Virus record (IMG/VR): IMGVR_UViG_3300025120_014919
Span: 41,614-105,613 of that record
DNA from: a virus
Length of the DNA: 64,000 bases
Direction: 5' to 3' (one strand)
Shown here: positions 38,620 through 50,008 of the stretch, piece by piece
Numbering within the stretch: the first letter of the stretch is position 1
Layout of the letters: every line of letters begins with the position of its first letter
Translations under genes and position numbers: made by a program
Notes under the pieces: model-generated
Told to the model about the DNA's origin: nothing
Seen by the model: the letters and a program-made list of their open reading frames with translations, nothing else
Databases searched by the model: none

Positions 38620-40305
38620 ATGTCTGTACGTACCATTAATGCTAGTTTTGATTTAAGATTTAAGGATGATCCTGAATCAAAATTTTACGAGACACCATTA
38701 CCTGAAATTAATATTTTAAATACTGTTGGAGCGTCTATACCTCTAAGCCTTATAGGTGATCAAACCTTTTTAGAGAAAAAATTAGTAATAACAACTAATG
38801 GAATGGATGGTATTGGTTATGAAGAAAATTTATTCGACTTAAATAAATTCTATTATACCGATCAAAAAATTTATTTTATTTGCAGGGTAAAAACATCTGA
38901 CCTATTTCCAGTTAAAAATTTACCTAATTTTACGTTATCTAATGGTGGTTTCAATTTAAAAATAGATATATTTGATAAAAATAATAATAAATTAGATATC
39001 AACCTAAACACCTTCGAAACTCCTGCATCTTCAATCGATAATTATAGCGGTGGTTATTTTAAAGGTTATTTTACAATTGATGAACCTATAAATGATATAA
39101 AAATAAAATGTGCAGGTAATACTAAAGTCGGGTTATTAACAGGAGAATCTAATCTATTCAGTATATACAATAAAAAAGGAAAAAATCATATTAGAAAAAT
39201 AAACGAAGATTTTGATCAAAAAAATTATTATAAAAGTCTTAGATATCAAGAAGTGCTAAAAAATAAAGATAACTTTTTTGATAATTTCTTAGGTAAAATA
39301 GTTGGGGATAAAAATTCTGACCCAAATACTTTAGGTATTAAAACTTACGAAAAAATAAGTAATTTTGTTAGTAATACAGCTGATATTGATAAAAGTAATA
39401 TACGAAGTTTTTATTCAATGCAGAACCTTATCAATTCTAATATAAGTATTAACAGTGTAGCTTTTCCTGCTAGTATTCAAAGATTAGTTGATATGTTTTC
39501 GATTAACTTAAGTTTATTAAAAGGTAGTATAAATTATTTTAACTTTGACTATGATGATAAAGGTTTATTTATAAGTAAAACTTTAGGTAAAAATAAAGGC
39601 GATTATTTGCCATTTACTGAAACCATATTAAGCACTGGTAGTAATTCAAAAAAAATAGTAGCTTATGAAAAATTTAGTGAAACTTATTCTTTATTAGACA
39701 CAAACATACTAAGTGCGAAAGAATTTAGATATTTAGATAGAAATACCCAAACATACGCTTTATCTGATTATAACAATACGTGGGGATGGAAACTTGTTCT
39801 TCCGAAAGGTTTAGGATCAGTAGATACATTAATTATTGAAAATAGTACAGATAATACACGAAATGATGATTTATTTGGTTTAAATTTAAGTTTACAAGAT
39901 AATTATAGTAGACTATTAAAGCAAACTGTTAATTTCGATAAAAATTATATTGGTAATATTAGTAATTTTTATGATTTTTATGAGTATGTACCTACATATC
40001 AAGGTGACAATATACAAAAATTTATAGATTTCGATAATGGTAATACAGTTTTAAATAATTTATCATCTTATCGAGAATTTTATTCTGACGATGGACCTGT
40101 TGATGAAATAATTTCAAATAATTTATTTAAAAATACCGTATTTTTAGATTCTTATACCGAAGATAATTTTAATGCTCATTACATGTATGATAGTAGTGGT
40201 ATTAGGATTTTGGTAAAAGATTACGATAAACATTTAGAATTATCTAATAAAGGCTATACTCATTATGACCCGTTAAATAATATTAATAACAATAGCACCT
40301 ATTAA
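38620..40305 (+). CDS. Putative virion structural protein (baseplate region)
   Basis: 561 aa; late promoter TATAAATA-N5-ATG. Confidence 0.6.
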   Translation: MSVRTINASFDLRFKDDPESKFYETPLPEINILNTVGASIPLSLIGDQTFLEKKLVITTNGMDGIGYEENLFDLNKFYYTDQKIYFICRVKTSDLFPVKNLPNFTLSNGGFNLKIDIFDKNNNKLDINLNTFETPASSIDNYSGGYFKGYFTIDEPINDIKIKCAGNTKVGLLTGESNLFSIYNKKGKNHIRKINEDFDQKNYYKSLRYQEVLKNKDNFFDNFLGKIVGDKNSDPNTLGIKTYEKISNFVSNTADIDKSNIRSFYSMQNLINSNISINSVAFPASIQRLVDMFSINLSLLKGSINYFNFDYDDKGLFISKTLGKNKGDYLPFTETILSTGSNSKKIVAYEKFSETYSLLDTNILSAKEFRYLDRNTQTYALSDYNNTWGWKLVLPKGLGSVDTLIIENSTDNTRNDDLFGLNLSLQDNYSRLLKQTVNFDKNYIGNISNFYDFYEYVPTYQGDNIQKFIDFDNGNTVLNNLSSYREFYSDDGPVDEIISNNLFKNTVFLDSYTEDNFNAHYMYDSSGIRILVKDYDKHLELSNKGYTHYDPLNNINNNSTY

Positions 40306-40307
40306 AA

Positions 40308-42068
40308 ATGTCTAACACTTTAAATCAACAATTAATTTTATCTGATGAAATTTTAAATACAGCCAGTACTAACCCAATTAGTGCTGATAATTTCCTGAAT
40401 TTAAATCAAGCATTATTAAATTTAATTAATGAAAAAAATATTACTTTAGAAGAACTTGGTGACAACAGCCCTGCAGTAACTTTTGATACTGTAAGTGCTG
40501 ATTTGTTAAATGATTATGATTATATTAATTATGATAAATTAGAACCTAGTGAACTTAATATATTGTTTAATAATCAGTTAATCGAAAATTTAATAGGTAC
40601 AGATGTTTATTACTTATCAGCAAATGAAACTGAAAGATTATCTGGAGTTTTAGTAGACGCGAAACAAAATGTATTTAACTTTTTTAACGTTAATAATGCA
40701 ACTACTAATACGATACCAGTTACATCAAGTACATTTGAAAAGGAAATCGGAGGATTTTTTCTACCTAATAAACAAAGTATACTTAAACTTACCGGTAAAT
40801 ACGATTATTACATAGATGAAAATTTAGAAAAAAATAAAATTTATACGTTTCCGAACCCTGATATACAAGGTAATGTTGCTGGTCTGAGTAAAAACCCTAT
40901 TAAATCACCATTAAAATTTAGTTCTAAAAAATCAGAATTTAAAAATATTTCTTCATCTTACGGTAGACGTAATGTTAAAAGTAGTAATTATAATCAAAAT
41001 TTTTATGCGTATGACTCCTTAGAACAGAAAAGATTAAACAATAGTATTAATTTTTCTAGTAGATTTGATAGAGAAATAAGTAACTTAATTAATTACGGTT
41101 TAATTACTAATATCAATTATGACATATACGGTAACGGTTTTGTTGAATTTTTAAAAGACTCAAGTATCGTTAATAACATTAGAGTAGATTCAACTTTAAA
41201 TTCCGGTGGTTTCAATAATTCAGAAACTGTTTCTGCTAAAGAAAATTTATTATACAGAAATAAAAATTTAAAATTTCCTAAAATTATAGAAAGAGAAGAA
41301 AAAATTAAAAATACTTTTGTTATTAACAAATTTAACAGTACCTTTTTACCACTTAGCACTGAACTTTCAAATGCTTTTAGCGAATATAAAGAATTTCCTA
41401 TCTTATATAATGAATTGCAAGGTAAAATTGAAGATATTAAAATTTATAAAGACATATTTTCTATTAAGACAAAAAGTTATTATATTATTGATAATTTAAA
41501 TTATGAGGATGGTATATATAAAAGAGGTAATACAGGTTCGCTTATTTTAGATAATTCCCAACTTGAAGGTAAACAATTATTATTCGGTTTAAGTAATGAC
41601 TATATAGTTAAAAATGTTATATATAAAGCTAGGGTTAAAAAACTTGAAGATGAAAGTAAAAGAAATGATATTTTTAATTATGAAATTTTCGGATATAACA
41701 CTGCTACTAAAGAAGTTATTGAACTGTTGAATATAAAAAATACACCTACAGACTTTTTTTATGATAATTTCAATTTAAATTTAGATAGAATACCGCAAAG
41801 AATAATAAATGTTTCACTTTCATACAATACAAAATTAAGTATGTTTAATTTAGTTACTCAATATAATGATTTAAATGATAATATTTTTATACATAGTTTA
41901 TCATTTAAAATAATGAAAAATAAAGTTACTTTTGAAGAAAATGATATATACACACCTAGTAATTATTTTAAAACAAGTAATTTTTATAGATCCACTGAAT
42001 TGAAAAATAATTATACATCTACAATTTCTTCATACCAAGACTTTTATCAAGGAGTAATATTACTATAA
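40308..42068 (+). CDS. Putative virion structural protein
   Basis: 586-aa ORF in the late operon. Confidence 0.55.
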   Translation: MSNTLNQQLILSDEILNTASTNPISADNFLNLNQALLNLINEKNITLEELGDNSPAVTFDTVSADLLNDYDYINYDKLEPSELNILFNNQLIENLIGTDVYYLSANETERLSGVLVDAKQNVFNFFNVNNATTNTIPVTSSTFEKEIGGFFLPNKQSILKLTGKYDYYIDENLEKNKIYTFPNPDIQGNVAGLSKNPIKSPLKFSSKKSEFKNISSSYGRRNVKSSNYNQNFYAYDSLEQKRLNNSINFSSRFDREISNLINYGLITNINYDIYGNGFVEFLKDSSIVNNIRVDSTLNSGGFNNSETVSAKENLLYRNKNLKFPKIIEREEKIKNTFVINKFNSTFLPLSTELSNAFSEYKEFPILYNELQGKIEDIKIYKDIFSIKTKSYYIIDNLNYEDGIYKRGNTGSLILDNSQLEGKQLLFGLSNDYIVKNVIYKARVKKLEDESKRNDIFNYEIFGYNTATKEVIELLNIKNTPTDFFYDNFNLNLDRIPQRIINVSLSYNTKLSMFNLVTQYNDLNDNIFIHSLSFKIMKNKVTFEENDIYTPSNYFKTSNFYRSTELKNNYTSTISSYQDFYQGVILL

Positions 42069-42754
42069 TGAACTACGACACTAAGACAATTATTTTAAGT
42101 AATGTGGCTCCTATAATAACTGTTACAGGGGATACATATGTAGAAAATAAATTTACTGTAAAAGGTGAGCAAAAAATTATTTTAGATTTATCTAATATAC
42201 ATACTGAAACATCCGCAGGTGAGGTTTATTATATTTATAAAACAAGAGCCCAATGGGGGGATGGAACCGATGAATACTATGAAAGTATATATAATTCAGA
42301 GACTTTAAAGATTGAACCTCCTAAAACAATTGAACACACCTATTCAATTACTACATCAGCTGATGTATTGCAAGGGTTAGTTTATTTTGAGTTTCAAAAT
42401 GGGTTAACTAGTTTTTGCCAATTATGTGCTTTTTGTAGTAAAGCAAATTTAATTGATTTACAAATGAAGAATTTAGAGAATCAATTATTTGTAGTAGAAG
42501 ATATCAAAAAACTTACAACATATGTAGATAAAGATAACAATTTATATAACTTAGCTTTAACACCTCAGTTATTAACTAGGTATGATTCAAGTCAGCAAGA
42601 TATTATAGAGATACCAGAAGACGAAAGGCTATTCTTACAAAGTTCTGAATTAGGAGATATGGTAAATGTTTTATCTGCTACCGATATACAAGCTAACGAT
42701 TCTTCGGCCGGGGCACCTATTGATTATACAGGATCAAGATTTATCGTTTATTAA
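42068..42754 (+). CDS. Putative virion protein with PKD-like motif
   Basis: AQWGDGT...IEHTY. Confidence 0.55.
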   Translation: MNYDTKTIILSNVAPIITVTGDTYVENKFTVKGEQKIILDLSNIHTETSAGEVYYIYKTRAQWGDGTDEYYESIYNSETLKIEPPKTIEHTYSITTSADVLQGLVYFEFQNGLTSFCQLCAFCSKANLIDLQMKNLENQLFVVEDIKKLTTYVDKDNNLYNLALTPQLLTRYDSSQQDIIEIPEDERLFLQSSELGDMVNVLSATDIQANDSSAGAPIDYTGSRFIVY

Positions 42755-44374
42755 TTTATTAAGCCTTTTTACTTCTTCGATTAAAACCGGTATCAATTGA
42801 ACATAATCTAAAGCTTTAGTACCATCTTCTCTTGTACATACTGCTGTTGGTAAGACCTCTTCAACCTCTTGAGCAATCAAACCTAATTGGCTACCTTCTC
42901 TATCAGATTTTTTATTCCAATCAAAAGAATAACCACTAACTTTATTAATGATATTCTCTGTATCGCATATTTTAATTATATTATCTTTTAAATTCTTATC
43001 GGACGATGAAAATGCTATAATATCCCCAGTTGCACATACTTTTCCGTTGAATATATAATTGCTATCTCCACCGAAACTCATATTAGTACCATCGGTGATA
43101 ATACAAGCTGTAGTAGCACTCCCGGTAGCAGTGTGAAACTCTATTTCACTTCCAATGTGCATTTCACCAGCATCTTCTGTATGCACCACAGCGCCGAATC
43201 TTTTAGTACTACATGTAAGTTGATGACTTTGTAAACAACATGCATTAAGATTAGGTAATCTAGCTGCAGCAATGGTACCTGTTAACCCTGCAGCTTTAAG
43301 TTCAGTAACCTCTATAGTTATATTTGCAGAACCATCGAAAGGTTGAGCAGTAGCAGCTACCTGACCATTTAAGTCTATATTTCTTGGAGTCGCTAATTTA
43401 GTGGCTTCGTCTGCAGAGGCAGAACTAAGTCCAGAAGGATCAATCCATTTAACCTTAGTACCGGTTGAACATAAAATATAGTTCTGAGTGGCACAACCGG
43501 CACAGTCTAGGATACCGTTATTAAATCTAGCATTTGCATTAAAAGTAGTGCCTCCATTTATTTGCGACGCCCCGGTTATCCTTATACCAGCACAAGCTTT
43601 AATTTGATTAGTTGATTGTAATGCACCTCCTACAGTAAGGTCATTATCAGTTGATCGAGCGCCGCATATATTACCGCATAAATTACCTTTGAAACTTGTA
43701 CCTGCAACGTTACCATTAACGTCTAATACTTCACTAGGTGCTTTATCGATACCTATTTTACTTGAAGTTTCTCGTATAATTGAATTTGATATACCACATG
43801 CTCCGTTAAACTTTACAATACAACCATTAGTACCACCATCGTTACTGATAGTATCCCCTACACAACCTTCACCTACAAGAGTGGTCCATTGAAGAGCTGG
43901 TCGATTCGTACCCGGATCAGTGGCACCTAAGGTTTTTAAAACCTGACCATTGGTGCCTATTGTTTGACTACAATCTACTATATGTTTAGCGTACAAACAA
44001 TTAGTTGCTGAAAGATTTCCGATAACTGTTAATTTTGCATTAGCACTAGAATCGCTTAATTCATCTCCACCTACCACTACTCTACAAGTAGCACCTGAAT
44101 GGGCTGCAAATAAATTACCTCCGGTCTCAATACATGTAGTTGCAAGTAATATATCAGCAGCAAACGTTTGATCAACAGTTAAGTTACCTGTAACTTGTGC
44201 AGGTCCACATATTTTAGCACCGCTAGCATCTTTACCTAAACTCAACGATGAAGCAATACCTGACCCATCAGTTATTCTCATTAATGAACCATCAGCTGGT
44301 AAAGCACAATTGTCGCAAGTTTTTAATAAACTTTCATAAGTTGCTGCTATGGTATTATTTTCTAAAGTAGCCAT
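42734..44374 (-). CDS. Cys-rich tail fibre with C-terminal intramolecular chaperone (peptidase S74-like)
   Basis: GDIIAFSSSDKNLKDNI, GYSFDW, GLIAQEVEEVLP, LDYVQLIPVLIE. Confidence 0.88.
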   Translation of the reverse strand: MATLENNTIAATYESLLKTCDNCALPADGSLMRITDGSGIASSLSLGKDASGAKICGPAQVTGNLTVDQTFAADILLATTCIETGGNLFAAHSGATCRVVVGGDELSDSSANAKLTVIGNLSATNCLYAKHIVDCSQTIGTNGQVLKTLGATDPGTNRPALQWTTLVGEGCVGDTISNDGGTNGCIVKFNGACGISNSIIRETSSKIGIDKAPSEVLDVNGNVAGTSFKGNLCGNICGARSTDNDLTVGGALQSTNQIKACAGIRITGASQINGGTTFNANARFNNGILDCAGCATQNYILCSTGTKVKWIDPSGLSSASADEATKLATPRNIDLNGQVAATAQPFDGSANITIEVTELKAAGLTGTIAAARLPNLNACCLQSHQLTCSTKRFGAVVHTEDAGEMHIGSEIEFHTATGSATTACIITDGTNMSFGGDSNYIFNGKVCATGDIIAFSSSDKNLKDNIIKICDTENIINKVSGYSFDWNKKSDREGSQLGLIAQEVEEVLPTAVCTREDGTKALDYVQLIPVLIEEVKRLNKLINDKS

Positions 44375-44382
44375 ACTATTAT

Positions 44383-46383
44383 TTATTGTAAAGGTACGGT
44401 AGATAAAGGTGGTATTCTAGTACCAAATCTTTCCACAGCGTAAGCACTTAAAAGTAATTTTTGATAATCGTATATTTTACCTATTGTTCTATTAAAAACG
44501 TCAATATTAATAGTTTCATTATTACCAATAAAAATTTCATTTTGATCTAATAACTTAGTACTTTCAGCTACAGCAGGTAAGATATTAGAAAAAGAGTTAA
44601 ATAATAGTTCTTGTTTTACATATTTTGTAGTTAAAAATTTATTAATATTTTTTGAAAGTAAATTACAATTATATAATATATTATAAAAACTACGATTTAA
44701 CGAAAAAGCATTAAAATAATCATCATCAATTGTGATTTGATTTCTAGTAAAATATGGGATTGTAGAATTAGTTAAATTTACATAACCAGAATTTTCAGTT
44801 AACTCAAGAAAAACTTTATCAGTAATAAACCATAGTTTTTCGGAATTACCTTCCATACCTAAGTTAACCGCAGCAACCGGTTGAATAGTAGGATTTACCT
44901 GCCATTCGTTAATTTTATTCTCCCAATGGTCTTCTTCACCAGCATCTAATACATATTCTTCCCAGTGTAATACAAAAGCTAAATCAGGTTGTATAACTAA
45001 TCTAGCTATTAAAGATGCTTCACCATCTTTCATCCTACTTACAAATCCTTTATATACACCGTTAGTAGTAAGCATATAATATATGTTACTATCATTTTTC
45101 GAGAAAAAGATTCCTTTTGCAAATAGATTAGTCATTCTACTTGGTTTTACTGTATAATTTGCTATAACTTCAAATGTTATTGAATCTAAAACTAAAATTT
45201 TAAAATTTTCACTTAATATATACAGTTTTCTATTAAACGGGTTAATTTTATATTGAATAACTGGGTTATTTTTAAAATAACTCTCATTTCTATATCTGTT
45301 TTTAAATACAAACTCTTTAGTAAACATTTTAAATTCTTTAAACCCGCTATCGTATGTATATAGATAATTATTAACAAACTCTATGTCGTCTAAATTATTG
45401 AAACTATAGTTATAATCTTTACCAGTTAATGCAGTCCCTCCCATACTGTCCAATAACTTAAATACCTTCTCCCCGGTCCTATCACTACCTACAATACTAC
45501 TAACATCAAATTTATATATAGTATTTTTTACATCATCTGCCACAAATAATATTTTATCACCGTCATCTGTTGTATTGTTAATATGGTCAAAAGTTAATTC
45601 ATTAAAATTACCAAAATTAGTAGCGCTGAATACAAAATTGAAACTAGTATGAGGAGTATTTACTTTATTTCTATCTATGTCATAGGTAAATATAACATTT
45701 GAAACACTAGCAAATAAAGTAGCTGATGCTGAAAGATTATTATAAAATATATTTAGTGATTCATTTTGACCTGTAAATGCATGATTATAATCAGTAAAGG
45801 GTCGTAAATCAGTTGATACATACTTTTCAGTAATGGTATTCTGTAACCATACTACCTGTGAGCTGTCCGTAGCACTTACAGTCGGGTTAGTAGAAGCTGC
45901 AGCATAATAAGTTTGATTTAGAGGTAATTTAGGTAAGGATAATACTGAAAATCTATATAATTCTAAAAAGTTATCGTATAGATGTTCAATCTTCGAATTT
46001 AAAGAATTTCTATTTATTAATTCATTAGGAGCAAATTGTATTTCATTGTCTGTATACGGTAATACGAGATCATCACCCAATGTTCTATCAAAATATAAAT
46101 TATTGTTAAGATAAATTTCACCTCTTACGTTATCATAAGGGGTTAAAATTTCATCTGTATCAAACTTTCCGGTATATACTGAACCATTATCTCTAATATT
46201 AAAATAACCTGTATACTCTACACCGGATAATTTAAAGTCATTTAATGAATAACCCATTTTAGTTATTATATTTGATACTGCAGGACCACTTGATTGGTTA
46301 TTATTTGTATTACTTTCAATCGAAGTACTTGTTGTTGTACCAGGGGTGGTTGGGTTATTATAATTATTTGAATGGTAAGACAT
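44383..46383 (-). CDS. Putative virion protein, possibly beta-propeller
   Basis: 666 aa; LFVADDVKNTIYKFD and YLYTYDSG blade-like motifs; late promoter. Confidence 0.55.
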   Translation of the reverse strand: MSYHSNNYNNPTTPGTTTSTSIESNTNNNQSSGPAVSNIITKMGYSLNDFKLSGVEYTGYFNIRDNGSVYTGKFDTDEILTPYDNVRGEIYLNNNLYFDRTLGDDLVLPYTDNEIQFAPNELINRNSLNSKIEHLYDNFLELYRFSVLSLPKLPLNQTYYAAASTNPTVSATDSSQVVWLQNTITEKYVSTDLRPFTDYNHAFTGQNESLNIFYNNLSASATLFASVSNVIFTYDIDRNKVNTPHTSFNFVFSATNFGNFNELTFDHINNTTDDGDKILFVADDVKNTIYKFDVSSIVGSDRTGEKVFKLLDSMGGTALTGKDYNYSFNNLDDIEFVNNYLYTYDSGFKEFKMFTKEFVFKNRYRNESYFKNNPVIQYKINPFNRKLYILSENFKILVLDSITFEVIANYTVKPSRMTNLFAKGIFFSKNDSNIYYMLTTNGVYKGFVSRMKDGEASLIARLVIQPDLAFVLHWEEYVLDAGEEDHWENKINEWQVNPTIQPVAAVNLGMEGNSEKLWFITDKVFLELTENSGYVNLTNSTIPYFTRNQITIDDDYFNAFSLNRSFYNILYNCNLLSKNINKFLTTKYVKQELLFNSFSNILPAVAESTKLLDQNEIFIGNNETINIDVFNRTIGKIYDYQKLLLSAYAVERFGTRIPPLSTVPLQ

Positions 46384-46384
46384 C

Positions 46385-49300
46385 TTATATATTTATATCA
46401 AAGTTGAAATCTACAAAATCCACGTTTGATGGGAGTTGCGTAGGAAGCGCTTCTTTTAAATATTTTTCAACTGTTTCTCGAGTTAAACTATTCATGTAAG
46501 CATTTTTAATATATACCCTAATAGTATTATTTTTTCTACCAGGAAGTATATAGCTATATAAATTATCTACTTCTTCGATATTATTTCTCGTACCACAAGG
46601 TACGTCTAAGTTTAAAGAGTCAATTTTTTTATCTTTTAAGTATAAGTATTGAGCCAATGGTGAGTTAGCAAGTGTGTTATAAACTTTTAAGTTTGTTATA
46701 CTACCACCTTTACCGTAAAATTGGTTTGATTCTATAAACTTTGATATTGTATCTCTAAATAAGTTAGGTATATTAATAAAAATATTTGGAAATAATATTC
46801 GAGTATTAGGAATTATGTTACTATCAAAAGTAAACTTTTTAACCATTTCACCATTTAAATATAAATTTATTATACCAGCAGGTATATTAAAATCTATACT
46901 AATAGTATTATCTAAATTTATATAAGGTAAAGGAAATATTGTTTCTTCGACACTTTCTGCCTCAACATCTACTATTTGAGAATCCCACGGAGCGTAAATC
47001 GGGTTATTACTACCGGGGTCGTTCCAACTATCCGGATTATTTTCTTGCCATTCAGGGTCTATTAACAAACTTTTTAGAAAATTATCAATACAAAATTGGA
47101 AACATAATTTATTTTGAACGTCTTTATATTTGTTATGTACATATTGAAAATTAACCGGACTTATAAATTTATTATTAGTTAGTGGTGTATCAGCTCCTGA
47201 TATATTTAAAAAATATGTTTCTTTAGAATAATTATCAAGACTTATTTTATCAATAACTAATTTTTTATCATTTTTTCTCGATACAGATAATAGTTTTACT
47301 TCTCTTTCATCTTCAATAAAATCTAAATATTGACCAGATACAGATTCGGCTGATAGACTAAACGATGTAAGTAATTCTCGTTCTGAAGAATATACGCTAA
47401 TTTTACCTTCATTAGTATGAGAAAAACTTTGGATATATAATTTTTTATCATACGCTGCAATAGAATATATTTTACCACTAAAAGCTCTAATAGGATTATA
47501 CGTTTCAGTATTATCATCTATATTCGTGAATATGATAAGATCATTACCGGTATCAGCAAATTGAGTACTGATAGAAGCTACTATACTTCCATCTAATAAA
47601 ACAGGGTTTATACCATTAACCCCGACAAAACCTTTATCTTTCGGTTTTAATATATTTTTAAATGAACTTAAAGCAGGAGCTTTTAACTCAGAATCACCAA
47701 AAGCACTAACAGCCAAGGTATTCATATCCAATATAACAGGTGTATTACCTTTTGCAGGATCAAAATAATTATTAGCACTTAGATTAAAGACTACTTTATT
47801 ATAATCATAAAAATATCTTGACTGATAACCACTTAATATATTACCGACATCAGTTAAAATGTCGGGATCCGTCACTTTATTTTCGTCTAATATTTCACCG
47901 GTGACAGAAGTTTTGACAATACTATCTTCAGTAACCAATACAAAATTACTTTGTTGTTCTAAGTATAGAACGTCTTTAATTCTATTAATAGTAGGGTATA
48001 TATTTTCTTGTATTAAATTAAAATTTGAATCATATGCATAAATTTTATTATCTTCATGCATTATAAAAAACGGAGTAAAGTAAAAATTATTTCTTAATGA
48101 AAACCCGTCTTCGTATTTATTACCAATTATTTGGTAGCTATCCAACGAAGTCGGGCTGTCTAATTTTAAATCAAAAGTTATATTAAAAATATTAGAATCT
48201 AAATTTTCATCTATTTTTATATCATCGTAACAATATTCATCAAATACTAATTTATTTAAACCATCTATTTCTTCACCAGAAAATTTATTAGTTAAAGTTG
48301 ATTTTATCAAATGGTTATCAAAATTATTAATAGTATTTTGTATATAATTATTACCTATTCTTTGATAAAATAAAGTATTTTCAGGAGTAAAAACTAAATT
48401 ACTTTCTACATCAAAAAATGTATTTACTATACCATTTTTTATAAAATAATTATTAGCATCTCTAAGATTATTAAAAATTTCATTTGGAGTACCTAATTTA
48501 TGCTCCGTATACTCATTAGGGGTTGAAAAATAATATCTATCAAACCATCTACCTTTATTACCAATACCACCACTTAACCACGCACATACAAAGGAAGCAT
48601 TATTATTAGGTTTAATAAATGTAGATTGCAATTTCAATAAATTATCATCATTTTGCAATGTAATAGGAAAACTATTTTGATCAACCATTATATCTTCAAG
48701 TTCTAAAGACGAGGTTGTATTCCTATTTGAATCCATTTCCTTATAAATTTTATCACTAAAATATGGTGATAAAGATGCATATGATCCATTGTTAGCTAAG
48801 TTAGTATCTTCAATATTAATTCTATTGTATGGGTATAAAGACCCAGGTAATTTAAACTTAGTAATTTTGTCTGGTGAAAAAAGATATTCCTTAGTATAAA
48901 AATTATAATTAAAAAGTAAATTTTCTTTGCTTTCTGAAGTATTATTTTCGTTTAAAATGGTATTGTAATTTCTTTGTTTAGTAGGTATATCAAAAGGTAA
49001 AGTAGAATTTACATAATTATTATTTGATATATGATTTTTTAAATCGAAATAATTAAGCACGTTAAATAGCTTTCTACCAGTAACCCTACTACCTGAAAGG
49101 GTAGTAGCTTCATACGGGTAATATGTAAGTAAATTGCTCTTAATACCAGATACACTTGTATTACTTATATTGTAATCCCCACTCAATACTTCATAGAAAT
49201 TAAAATTATTTAAATTATTTCTAGAGACCTTATTTAGACCGCTACTTAATTTTATTACACCTTTATCTAAATTATAACGAGTAGGTGGTTGAGCTGTTAA

Positions 49301-49963
49301 CACTGGACCACTAGTTGCTGATAGGCCAGAAATTACGTGAAATTGTCTACCATTTGACATATGTACAAATTGATATAAAGTTAAAAAATTATTTTGGTCA
49401 TCATAGTTATATAAAAATTTATAACCACTAAATGCCTGCGCCGAAGTTCCTGGGGAAATAGTTTCAAAAGATAGTTGTCTATGATTACCACTATTTATAT
49501 CATTTTCAACATTTAAAAGTTTATTATATATACCATCGAAAAAACTAATTTGAACATATGAATCATCTACAAAATCAATATTAAAATTTTGACCAATACC
49601 GCTAGTATAATTACTAAGAGAAGTTGGTGTACCCGCTGCAGAAGAGTTTTGTGTAGTAGTTACAGCTCTTGACGACGGATTAATATTTTTACCGTCCAAA
49701 AACAAATAACTGTTCAAATCTATTTTTGTTAAATTGTTATCAGAATCAAAATTTATTACTTCATTTAAGTTTTTTTCTTCAGTTAAAATATTAACAGTAT
49801 TATTTTTAATTTTTTTATCATTTATATTTTTAAATATACTATAACTTACAAGGTCCATCCCTTGAGCCGTGTTGAATTCGTTATAAACTAACTTATTATC
49901 TTCGTTGGCTAGATCATAAAAAATTGGTTCAACCAAATCAAACGTTTTTTTTGTTGCAGGCAT
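46385..49963 (-). CDS. Large putative virion structural protein (1192 aa)
   Basis: Late promoter TATAAATA-N5-ATG; LamG/ConA-like fragments (INLYLNG, ITNLKVYN). Confidence 0.6.
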   Translation of the reverse strand: MPATKKTFDLVEPIFYDLANEDNKLVYNEFNTAQGMDLVSYSIFKNINDKKIKNNTVNILTEEKNLNEVINFDSDNNLTKIDLNSYLFLDGKNINPSSRAVTTTQNSSAAGTPTSLSNYTSGIGQNFNIDFVDDSYVQISFFDGIYNKLLNVENDINSGNHRQLSFETISPGTSAQAFSGYKFLYNYDDQNNFLTLYQFVHMSNGRQFHVISGLSATSGPVLTAQPPTRYNLDKGVIKLSSGLNKVSRNNLNNFNFYEVLSGDYNISNTSVSGIKSNLLTYYPYEATTLSGSRVTGRKLFNVLNYFDLKNHISNNNYVNSTLPFDIPTKQRNYNTILNENNTSESKENLLFNYNFYTKEYLFSPDKITKFKLPGSLYPYNRINIEDTNLANNGSYASLSPYFSDKIYKEMDSNRNTTSSLELEDIMVDQNSFPITLQNDDNLLKLQSTFIKPNNNASFVCAWLSGGIGNKGRWFDRYYFSTPNEYTEHKLGTPNEIFNNLRDANNYFIKNGIVNTFFDVESNLVFTPENTLFYQRIGNNYIQNTINNFDNHLIKSTLTNKFSGEEIDGLNKLVFDEYCYDDIKIDENLDSNIFNITFDLKLDSPTSLDSYQIIGNKYEDGFSLRNNFYFTPFFIMHEDNKIYAYDSNFNLIQENIYPTINRIKDVLYLEQQSNFVLVTEDSIVKTSVTGEILDENKVTDPDILTDVGNILSGYQSRYFYDYNKVVFNLSANNYFDPAKGNTPVILDMNTLAVSAFGDSELKAPALSSFKNILKPKDKGFVGVNGINPVLLDGSIVASISTQFADTGNDLIIFTNIDDNTETYNPIRAFSGKIYSIAAYDKKLYIQSFSHTNEGKISVYSSERELLTSFSLSAESVSGQYLDFIEDEREVKLLSVSRKNDKKLVIDKISLDNYSKETYFLNISGADTPLTNNKFISPVNFQYVHNKYKDVQNKLCFQFCIDNFLKSLLIDPEWQENNPDSWNDPGSNNPIYAPWDSQIVDVEAESVEETIFPLPYINLDNTISIDFNIPAGIINLYLNGEMVKKFTFDSNIIPNTRILFPNIFINIPNLFRDTISKFIESNQFYGKGGSITNLKVYNTLANSPLAQYLYLKDKKIDSLNLDVPCGTRNNIEEVDNLYSYILPGRKNNTIRVYIKNAYMNSLTRETVEKYLKEALPTQLPSNVDFVDFNFDINI

Positions 49964-50008
49964 ATTATTATTTATAACTAATTTGAGGAGTTAACATAAA
50001 TATTATTA